Source of the DNA: Octopus vulgaris
Lineage: Eukaryota
Direction: 5' to 3'
Length of the DNA: 64,000 nt
NCBI GenBank assembly: GCA_951406725.2
Contig: OX597828.1
Location: 20,274,001-20,338,000 of the forward strand
Part shown: one piece after another, positions 53,771 through 64,000 of the stretch
Position numbering within the stretch: position 1 is the first letter of the stretch
Layout of the letters: each line of letters begins with the position of its first letter
Notes under the pieces: generated by a model
What the model was told of the DNA's origin: nothing
Seen by the model: the letters and a program-made list of their open reading frames with translations, nothing else
Databases searched by the model: none
Translations under genes and position numbers: made by a program

Positions 53771-54019
53771 CTGAATACATGGCATTCTACCCATTTTCGT
53801 GTTCGTTAATATTTTAATGAGGAATGTTCGAGAATTGCTGAATGTGCGAAAGCTTTTAGCGTCGGACAGTTAACGAGGAAGGCAGGCGGGGATGTTGGTC
53901 GGTCGGTGGTGGGTGGTTTGTTACTCTTTGGAACATTGGTCAATTTGGTTTCTGTACAGCCTTGGGTGATAGTGGTGGTGAGAGTTGGGATGGTTGCCAG
54001 TGTTAGAAATCACACTCAT

Positions 54020-54530
54020 TATTACTAGCATCACTATCATCGTCATTGACATCATCATCATCATCATCACCGCCACCATTATTATCATCTTCATCGTCGT
54101 GATCACGGGCATCCTCCTCCTCCTCATCATCATCATCATTCATCATTCATCAATATCAACGTTGCGACCAGTACCACCACCACCAGCACACCACCAGCAC
54201 CACCACCAGCACCACCACCACCAGCACACCACCAGCACCACCACCAGCACCACCACCACCACAACAATCATCATCCCCGACGTCTTCTCTGTTGTCAATG
54301 CTATCATCATTATCATCGCCACCATTATTATCATCTTCATCGTCCTGATCATGGGCATCCTCCTCCTCATCATCATCATCATTCATCAATATCAACGTTG
54401 TGACCAGTACCACCACCACCACCACCACCACCACAACCACCACCACCACAACAATCATCATCCCCGACGTCGTCTCTGTTGTCAATGCTATCATCATTAT
54501 CATTGACACCACCACCATGATCATCGTCGG
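54020..54530. repeat. Trinucleotide-rich tract with internal tandem duplication
   Basis: cgccaccattattatcatcttcatcgtc..caatatcaacgttg.gaccagtaccacc..acaacaatcatcatccccgacgtc occurs twice. Confidence 0.9.
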
Positions 54531-54642
54531 TCTCATGCGTCTTCTCTGTCACAGATATCATCTATCTATTAATCAATCTATCTATCTATCTATCAATTTA
54601 TCTGTGTTCTAAGTAGCTGTACACACACACACACATACGCAC

Positions 54643-54688
<46 letters not shown>

Positions 54689-54817
54689 GCATGTATTTAT
54701 ATATGTATGCATGTAGTGTGTGTATATGTATATATGTACGGTTGATTGTGGCAGTCTTCCTTGTTGTCAAGTGGGCGGGCTGTCATGTATGTATATATCA
54801 ATATATGTGTATATATG

Positions 54818-54887
<70 letters not shown>

Positions 54888-55079
54888 TGTGTGTGTGTGA
54901 GTGTATAAATGCGCGAGTGCATATGTACAGGTGTGAGCAAAAATTCGCTGTTAATGCTTTGTGATAAATTTCCTTATAGGCCTATATTCATTCTATGTTT
55001 TCATAATTTTCCTCACCTCATACATCGCATCTTTTGGTGCTGTTCCTCAACATGCTGCTGTTATCATTTAGCCAAGGAA

Positions 55080-55255
55080 AAGCGGCGAGTGAGGAGAACT
55101 GTAAGCGCGTCAAAACAAAATGTTTCGCGATGTTTCTTTCGACTCGTTCCGTTCTGAGTTCAAATTTCGACGAGGCCGATATTACCTTCCATCATTTCAG
55201 GGTTGATAAAATAAGTACCAGTTGAGCACTGAGGTCGATGTAATTGACTTAACTA
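55080..55255 (+). mobile_element. SINE family A, degenerate
   Basis: gttctgagttcaaatttcgacgagg..ccttccatcatttcagggttgataaaataagtaccag. Confidence 0.7.
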
Positions 55256-55483
55256 CTCATTGGTAAGGGTATAAAAACTGCAATTTTCGGCCAAGCCATG
55301 TCGACCCAGGGTGGCAGAGTAGGCTCATCAAACCAGCATGATCTCAAGCTTAAACTCAAGGCTTCAACATCGGACCGTGTTTGGTGGAGAGAACGTGCTA
55401 ACGCCTTTGATCCGCTGTGGACTGAACATAGGAAAGCTAATACAGACACACACATACATGCATACATACATACATACATACAT

Positions 55484-55575
<92 letters not shown>

Positions 55576-55925
55576 GTAAGGCACCTGCTGTTGTCCTGTT
55601 ATTACCAATCTTGTTTTTATTTTTTTGTTTTTGTTTTTGTGTTTTGTATTTATATTCGTGTGGCTTCGTCCGTTTTTCTGTCCTTGTTTCGTATACATTC
55701 GATCCTTTTTCCAAGAAATCTAATGCTCGCAGCTTAGTTTTTCATTGGGGCTGGCCGTGTCGGAGCAATATCAGGATTAAGCAGCCGAAATTTGCTATGA
55801 TGATCCGGTTTCTGACTGAAGATTAAAGGCTTCGAATGACCCGTCCGTATTTTGTGTTCGTCTCTTTGAGTATTTCGCGTTCTTGTCCCTTTTTATATAT
55901 AATTTTTATACCTATATATATATAT

Positions 55926-56229
55926 AAAGTTTAAAGGACTGACCACTAAAAGTGGACGGTCAACATGCTAAATATAGACGTCAAAATCGCTATTTTTCAG
56001 AAAGAATGTGTTCTCAAATAAAAAAAACTCACCACAAACCAAAGCATTAAATATTATTTTTAATGCTTTAGTTTGTGCTGAGTTTTTGACGTCTATATCT
56101 AGCATGTTGACCGTCCACTTATAGTGGTCAGTCCTTTAAACTTTGTATGTAAAAGTATTTTAATCTTCGGATTTTTTAATATGTTAGGCCACTGGTTTTA
56201 ATTGATTAATATCAATTTCTACCCTTATT

Positions 56230-56233
<4 letters not shown>
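55926..56233. mobile_element. Fold-back module in (TA)n
   Basis: 55926-55986 and 56024-56051 pair with 56059-56144, forming a long hairpin with one bulge. (TA)n on both sides. Confidence 0.75.
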
Positions 56234-56282
<49 letters not shown>

Positions 56283-56286
<4 letters not shown>

Positions 56287-56720
56287 TCCTACCTTTCATC
56301 TCTGCTACTATAAATCATTACTGACCTCCTTAACTCCTCTATATTGAAGTTTATTTTCTCCTCTCACTGTTCCCTATCTGAATACCTCCCAGTTACCCCC
56401 TCTAATACACTTAGCTCTCCCCAAAATCATTTCATCTTTGAACCATTTTCCCCTTAACACCTCAAAAGTAAGATCTCTTTCCTGAAGACGGAGGCTCGTC
56501 TCATCATACAATGGAATCAATCTACAAACATTATCATGGAGCACCAGAAACAGCTGTTGGGTCTGTAATACTATTTTCAACCCCTTTAATTCTCTGTATT
56601 ATTTGGACTCTGTGTAAGTCGGACCTTTTTATACGTATACACCTATACAATGTTTGTATTTCATGTGTTTAATATACTATATATATTGATGTGTCTAACA
56701 TGCTTATCCTACATTTACTT
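56283..56720 (+). mobile_element. Penelope-type 3' fragment with HHR-like motif
   Basis: CTGAAGA at 56482, cgg..cca, and GAAAC-AGCT-GTT at 56547-56558. Homologous to 7881-8175. Starts in (TA)n. Confidence 0.55.
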
Positions 56721-56951
56721 ATATATATGTAGGGGGTTGAAAATTTACTGGCTTTGAGTGAAAGAAAATACAGGAGGATCATTTAATTATGATTTTATCC
56801 AATATATTTCCCTCTCATATTCACACACTTATTGCTAAAGAACTCGGAAGGTTGGACCTCCAGCTAGGCATTTTGCGATACCCTTAAAGCCAGGAATTTT
56901 CTGTGTGTGTGTGTGTGTTTATGCATCTCCCTCATTCTCTCTCTCTCTCTC

Positions 56952-56991
<40 letters not shown>

Positions 56992-57259
56992 GACCAAATA
57001 ATTCAGGAGAAAATATTTGACTCTGTTATTAACTGGTGTAACAATTAAAATGATAATAACAGAATCAATAATATAGCCGATTGCAAGGCAAAAAAAGCAT
57101 TAAATACCTGAAGGATTAAAACTATATATATATAAATGAAAATAGTAATGCAATACGAGAGTATTGCTTTCCAGTAAAGGATAGCCCGTGAGGGTAAAAT
57201 TATACATAAAAGTAAATAAAAGTAAATAGATATCGGTACTTCGTTGTGCCATTTATTTA

Positions 57260-57299
<40 letters not shown>

Positions 57300-57302
<3 letters not shown>

Positions 57303-58515
57303 TGACATAATGGAAGTAAATAAATACTCTTTTAATTGTTAAAATTTATTTAAATCTGAAATAATACATTCAAATTATTTGTTAATTATTATAATGTGAA
57401 TATCTAATATCTAGTAGACGTGTCCTTTGCATTTTTCAGTGCAAGGACCTCTTAAGTATGCTGCTGATCTGATGAGGAATATTCTCTTAACGAATTTCAT
57501 GCCAAGTTTCATGCAGTAATCTCAAAGAATTTGTATTTGAGGACGCTTTCTTGTTCTTTTTACGAAATGTCCTGTCCATTATGCCCCAGACATTTTCAAT
57601 AGGGTTCACATTTGTTGATTGGCTTTGCCATGGAAGCTTTCTAATGCCTTTCTCTTTCAACTAATCTTGGGTTGTTTTAGCTGCATGACAAGGAGCTGCA
57701 TCTTCCAGAAATATGTATTCCTTATTCATGTTACCATCGGGGAAGATTGGAAGGAGTCCTTTCTGCAATATGGACACATATTTATCTGAGTTTATCTTTC
57801 CTTCATACTCCACTAGCTCTGATGGGCCACTGCTCCAAATTACACCCCAGACATCACAGAATAGCAACCGTGTTTTATTGTTGGCTGCAACATTTTCACA
57901 TCAATTTCTTGATCATAGAGTCTCCAGACCCTCAGTCGACCACTCTCAGAAAATATAGCAAATCTGGACTCATCAGAGAATATGACAGTGTCCCAAAATG
58001 CTAGTGACTTTTCCACCATCTCACTGGCCCAATCTTTTTTCCGCTTCATATTGGCTAGTTGAAGAAGTTACTTCCTTCTCGCTGCTCTGCCATAATCGCC
58101 AAGTTTGTGAAGATACCTGGCGGCTATACTGAGACTGACGAGGCTTAACGTCCACACATCTCTTAGCAAAGCGAAGGGTCCTGCTAGAGAGCGTTCGTCG
58201 ACCTGGACAAGGTGATGTGGACTCCTTCCCCTCTCTGGTGAATTGCACCCTCACTCTATTAACTGTAGAAAGTGGGATCCCAATGTTTTCTGCCATTTTA
58301 CGTCGACTAAGACCACCTTCAGATTGACCCAAAATACGGCCTGTTTGAAATTCGGACAGTTCTAAGGCTTATTTTGAACGTGGCATGATTAGACAGTCAT
58401 ATATGGAACCTGAAACATAAAATTGTCAATTATTAAAAATTATAAACCTTTTCAAGTGCAAATAAACATAAAACGATGTTCCATGGGGTGTCTATTTACT
58501 TCTGTCATGTCTGTG
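57300..58515 (-). mobile_element. Tc1-family transposon relic with TIRs
   Basis: TIRs actgacataatggaagtaaata / tatttacttctgtcatgtctgtg. Minus strand [39 protein letters not shown] and NPIENVW. Confidence 0.9.
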
Positions 58516-59245
58516 TACGTGTATACGACAAACTTCCAAACAATTTACCAAATTGACTCACAAGACACTGGTCAGCCCAGAGCTATAGTAGAAGACACTA
58601 ACGCAAGCTGCCACTCAATAAGACTGGACTAGCAGCCACGTGATAGCAAAGGGAGCTTCTTAACCACAAAACAATACTTAATTATATTAATTCACCATAT
58701 AACACAGTTTTTATCAAAGAGATTAGAACCCTTTTAGATATGGGACATATAGAAGACTTATGTGGATATTATGAACGGGACATAAGATTACTCACAAACA
58801 ATTAGAAATGCCCAAAACTTAGAAAATTTTATTAGAGATCATCAAAGAGAGAAAATTAAGATATTTTGGACACTTAATTAGGAAAAGTGGTTTCTAGAAA
58901 GATTGTTTATAGAAAGTAAAGGAAAAAGAAAAGAAAGAGTAATTTGAATGGTTTATTTCAAGAAATGGGCGTACTTGTTTTACAGTGAATACACACACAC
59001 GCGCGCATATATATATACATATATATATATATACTTATATGTATACATGCACATATATATGTATGTGTATGTATATATATATGTACATACATGTATGCAC
59101 GTATATGTGTGTATATCTCTATATAAATGTATCTGTCTATCTATCTATACACACATATATATATATATATATATGCACATATATCTATTTATCTATGTAT
59201 GTATATTTGTATACACCCACATACCATCCACAGTTATACAGACAC

Positions 59246-59303
<58 letters not shown>

Positions 59304-59377
59304 GTACAACTATAAGAGAGAATCCACTATGTGGACGCTCTTACGCTAGATATAGATCCGCAAATTATATATATATA

Positions 59378-59604
59378 CTTATTTCTTTATTACCCACAAG
59401 GGGCTAAACACAGAGGGGACAAACAAGGACAGACATAAGTATTAAGTCGATTACATTGACCCCAGTACGTAACTGGTACTTAATTTATCGACCCCCAAAG
59501 GATGAAAGGCAAAGTCGACCTCGGCGGAATTTGAACTCACAACGTAACGCAGACGAAATACCGCTAAGCATTTCGCCTGGCGTGCTAACGTTTCTGCCAG
59601 CTCG
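59378..59604 (-). mobile_element. SINE family A, well conserved
   Basis: Reverse complement of 30187-30416. Confidence 0.9.
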
Positions 59605-59813
59605 TGAGATTGAATAAGTATTTTGTATGTGTATATATATATGAAGATTTATGTTTTAGTGTATGTGCATGGTGTTTGTGTGTATGTGCATGTGTGTGTG
59701 CGTGTGTGTGTGTGTTTGTGTGTCTGCATGTACTTGCGTATGGTATGAGGACAGCACAAGGAACACCGATCTTTCGATCAATATTTTTCAAACAGCCTAG
59801 AGCGGTCGACATA

Positions 59814-60245
59814 TGACGACAATGACGATGATGATGATGATGATGATGACGACGACGACGATGATGATGATGCTGGTGGCGATTTCGACTGTGGTGGTGG
59901 TGGTGGTGGTGGTGGTAATTGATGATGACGATGACGATGAAAATGATGATGGTGGTGGGGGTGATTGTAGTGTTGTTGCTGCTGATGTTGCTGCTGCTGC
60001 TGCCGCCGCTGCTTTTTCTGCTGCTGCTGCTGATGATGATGATGATGAGGGAAATAGCAACGACGAGGATGATGATGATGTCGGTCACGACGACGACGAC
60101 GGCGATGATCTCAATAACAATAACGACGATGACGACGATGTAATTGCTGACGACGACGATGATGTCGATGACAATGTAGATAATGAAGAGGCCGTTGAGG
60201 AGGAGAAGGAGGAGGAGGAGGAGGGGAAGAAAGAAGGAGGAAAAA
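59814..60245. repeat. Compound trinucleotide tract (GAT/GAC/GGT/GCT/GAG)n
   Basis: Visible directly. Confidence 0.95.
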
Positions 60246-61114
60246 GAAATTGGTCATGGTGGCGACGACGAGAACTATGTAGGTGAGACTAAAATAAATA
60301 TTACTAGAAATACTTGAGTATTTTTTTTCTGTTCCCATAATTCTATTTGCTTCCATAACTTCATCATTTCTTCTTCGACAGTCTCTTAAATTCCTTCAAA
60401 GAATATTTTCTCACATAATTCCACAGAAACTTCAGTGAAATCAAATCAAATGAAATCAATAATTAAAGTCTTGTTTATTTAGTTATTTTATTTATGTATT
60501 TATATATTTATTTATTTGTTCTCCATGGTCAGAGAAACAGCAACGTTATTACACACGACTTACATATTAAGCATTTACAACCTCTTAATCGCCGACGAAA
60601 CTTCCAAGCAGATTATTGATCTACTAGAAATAGCAGCCAAACTTCCCACGAATCACAGTACCCTGGCTTAAGGGGATCAACACCTCGTAAATCGGATCAG
60701 AAAGAGACCTCGAGACCCACCGACACTATTCATCTTGAATAAAGCAGGAGTAAGCCAGAAATGGGGCCTGCATGATGCTATTGGCCCCTTTCTATGCAGT
60801 TGCGAATATTCATAAGCTTGTCGTAACCCTTTGCTTGTCCAGAGTATTTTCATAGCTTTGTCCTAAACGTCTATGTTCGTGTTCAAGCTTTTAGTTAGGC
60901 CGTTTCATACGATTTAAGTAAATATAAAGTTTTCGGTTCAGAAGTCTCAAGATACTTCAGTGATCGAAAAAATTAGGAATTTGTATCATATATGATGCAT
61001 AAATGCCAGAAAAATATATCCTGTGAATAAGAATTGGCATAGAGGACAGGCAAAGAGTTAAATGTATTATCCAATGAAACCATATAGTCTTCTTTGAGAA
61101 GCATTGCAGATGTA

Positions 61115-61760
61115 CGAAGTGGTATCAAAAAGCTCCAGGTCTATTCATGTTTAATAAAAAAAAACTGAACTTATTTACCCAAGTTTAAACATCATTTCAT
61201 TCGAAGTAGTCACCTTGCGCTGCAGTGCACCGGTTTGTGTTCTTGTCACTTGTGCGGAATCCGGCCTGGAAGCCGTTTTCTTTAAGCGGGTCGAGGACTT
61301 TCTACGATTCGTTTTGGATTTCGACAATGGCAAAGTTTGAGCTGCCTTTTCCTCTTGGAGAAGAGATGGAAGTCTGCAGGTGTTGAATTTGGCGAATAGG
61401 TGAGGAACTCACGACTGAGAAGATCTCGGTGACAGGGTGCATTGTCGCCGTGAAGAATATAATTCTTCGTACCCCCACAGATCCGGTCGCTTTCGCCAAT
61501 TGTCCTCCCTTAAACGCTCCAAATCGTAGCAGTAGAACTCTTGTTTGACGGTTTGGCCCTGGGAGACGTATTCTCGATGCACAATACTGCCGATGTCGAA
61601 AGCAAAAACGACGAGCATGCTCTTGATTGAAATGCAGCTCAGTCGTGCATCCTTTGGTTGCGGAGATGAAGGGCACTTCCATTGTGACAACTGTTTCTAC
61701 GTTTGCTGTCAGCTGTTGGTGCGCTCCAAAACTAGTCCGGGAACTTTTTGATAGGCCTCG
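61115..61760 (-). mobile_element. Internally deleted mariner element
   Basis: TA-cgaagtggtatcaaaaagctcc / ggaactttttgataggcctcg-TA. Minus strand KSMLVVFAFD..SIVHREYVSQGQTVKQEFY..LERLRE..RKRPDLW. Confidence 0.85.
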
Positions 61761-62289
61761 TAACAGTGTGGTAGCTTCTACTATGAGAGAGTCTTGTGGG
61801 ACAGCAGATACACGAAGGAATGCTGAGAATTATCTGGCTTTAAAGGTGTTGCGAAAGGCCTGGTTGGAGGTCGAAACTTCTGTGTAATTTTACAGGGCTT
61901 ACGACAAATGAAGGACCACTGCAATAGGTATGTGAATCAGGAGGGGAAATATGTTGTATAAAACCATAATAAACTGATCATCCTGTATTCTTTTATCTAA
62001 AGTCAGGAACGTTTCAATACCCACTCGTATTTCATTCGGGTTATCACAGAAATTATGTAGAATATTTTCAATATAGCGCACTCCTTTCACTCGCTGCCTA
62101 TCCAAAACATTTTCATAACGTTGTCTTAAACGTCCAACCTTATTTTCAGGCTTTCAGTTAAACGCTTCTTCCATATGTTTTGAGTAAATATAAGGCTTTC
62201 CTTAAATAAATTCCAAATGACTTCGGCAGTTGGAAAAAACTGGGGAATGTGTATCATATATGATGCATGGAAGTACTCGAAATATTTCT

Positions 62290-62490
62290 TAGGGTTTCGA
62301 ATTTTGCTACAAGAGCAGCAATTTTGGTGAAGGCGATGTGTCGATTACATCGACCCAAGTGTTTCACTGCTACTTAATTTATCGACACCGAAATGATGAA
62401 AGGCAAAGTCGAACTCGGCGGAATTTGAACCCAGAACATACCGCAAGGCATTTCGTCCAGTGTGCTAACGATTCTGCCAATTTGCCGCTA
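62290..62490 (-). mobile_element. SINE family A
   Basis: tacttaatttatcgac..gatgaaaggcaaagtcgaactcggcggaatttgaac..gtgctaacgattctgcca. Confidence 0.8.
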
Positions 62491-62639
62491 GGGTATCATG
62501 TCTTATACACATGTGGTATATTGGACAGACAAAGCGTTAAGATAATGAAAAGTGCTTCATGGCCCGCCAGAAACATCAGCCAACACTTGCAGAAACCATG
62601 CGCTAGTAGCTTAAAAAGACAGTGAAAAATACAAGAGCA

Positions 62640-62914
<275 letters not shown>

Positions 62915-63113
62915 TATAATATTAAGTAATTAAGGGTTTAGCAACGAATTGCCTCACCAACACACCAAATTTAGAAATAGCAGTCAAAGAGATATAGCTA
63001 TTCCTTCTACTAAAAGGGGGATCTCAGTAAAAACACAGCACTTAAAAGGCAAACACAGACAGGTAAGAAAGAAAGAATGAAATGACGGCAATCCATCATG
63101 CAATTTTAAGTTA

Positions 63114-63205
63114 CCTACGGACGTACGTTTCGAGATCAAGTTTTAGGATATCATAAGAATTAGAAAATTCTACTTTACCCAGACTTCTTCTCTCATCGGC
63201 GCAGG
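63114..63205 (-). ncRNA. Minimal type I hammerhead ribozyme motif (mirror copy)
   Basis: Reverse complement of 63709-63800. Confidence 0.7.
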
Positions 63206-63708
63206 ATACTACAATTGTGAATAATTGTATATTAAATTTTGAGATACTAGAATGCGTCATCTCAACTCAGTGTCAGAGCGAGCCAAAGCATGACCAGTAC
63301 CACGAAATTCAAAGTTTGAATGAAAGTTTGTGTCACCAGCCCCCTTCCACCCGCGTGTAGCCAAGACAAAATGCTGTGGTCATTTACTGGGATAAAATAT
63401 GGTTATCAGTAATAATAAAAGGGTGAAATTAATTAATTAGGGATAATTATCAATTACACCAAGTAGATTTCGGTATGTAAAAGCCCCATTCGAGGAAAAT
63501 TTAAGTAATACTAAGTAATTAAGGGTTTAGCAACGAATTGCCTTTTGTCTTGGCTACACGCGGGTGGAAGGGGGCTGGTGACACAAACTTTCATTCAAAC
63601 TTTGAATTTCGTGGTACTGGTCATGCTTTGGCTCGCTCTGACACTGAGTTGAGATGACGCATTCTAGTATCTCAAAATTTAATATACAATTATTCACAAT
63701 TGTAGTAT

Positions 63709-63800
63709 CCTGCGCCGATGAGAGAAGAAGTCTGGGTAAAGTAGAATTTTCTAATTCTTATGATATCCTAAAACTTGATCTCGAAACGTACGTCCGTAGG
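63709..63800 (+). ncRNA. Minimal type I hammerhead ribozyme motif
   Basis: Stem I cctgcg/cgtagg, core CCGATGA (U4 to C), stem II gaga/tctc with a ~53-nt loop, then GAAAC-GTAC-GTC. Predicted cleavage after 63794. Confidence 0.7.
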
Positions 63801-64000
63801 TAACTTAAAATTGCATGATGGATTGCCGTCATTTCATTCTTTCTTTCTTACCTGTCTGTGTTTGCCTTTTAAGTGCTGTGTTTTTACTGAGATCCCCCTT
63901 TTAGTAGAAGGAATAGCTATATCTCTTTGACTGCTATTTCTAAATTTGGTGTGTTGGTGAGGCAATTCGTTGCTAAACCCTTAATTACTTAGTATTACTT

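Larger units (their letters stand above)
62918..64000. mobile_element. Young non-coding fold-back element with HHR in each arm (Penelope pLTR/retrozyme-like); runs off the window
   Basis: Near-perfect ~454-bp inverted arms at 62918-63371 and 63543-63997. A 40-bp direct repeat of the terminus lies at 63503-63542. Confidence 0.85.

Noticed and set aside
55740-55805. ggctg...cagcc-GAAA hairpin as a hammerhead (similar weak cases at 14580-14612 and 50316-50395 minus)
   Set aside because: A stem II-GAAA-like element is present but the CUGANGA box and stem I are not recognisable. Too degenerate to call without a family consensus.

Overview
This is 64 kb of AT-rich, repeat-saturated eukaryotic DNA with no recognisable host protein-coding exon, so it is probably intergenic or intronic. 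The SINE families and the extreme (TA)n/(GATA)n/(ATT)n content suggest a coleoid cephalopod such as Octopus; this is inferred from repeat style only. Nearly all ORFs in the supplied track are microsatellite artefacts. The real coding remnants are all transposon-derived: a Penelope-like element (RT + GIY-YIG, 36.8-40.0 kb), a second Penelope 3' fragment, a young Tx1/L1 LINE in (GATA)n, two CR1-type 3' ends, R4/Dong fragments, a Gypsy gag-pol relic, Tc1/mariner relics and a composite Helitron. The most interesting signal is a set of short non-coding fold-back modules, most of them inserted in (TA)n tracts. Several carry minimal type I hammerhead ribozyme (HHR) motifs with palindromic stem III, the motif class also seen at the 3' ends of the Penelope elements here. 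One tRNA-headed SINE also ends in such a motif. Together these point to a Penelope-driven, ribozyme-bearing non-autonomous RNA system (retrozyme-like or HHR-SINE). Most HHR cores are degenerate, and ribozyme activity cannot be shown from sequence alone.
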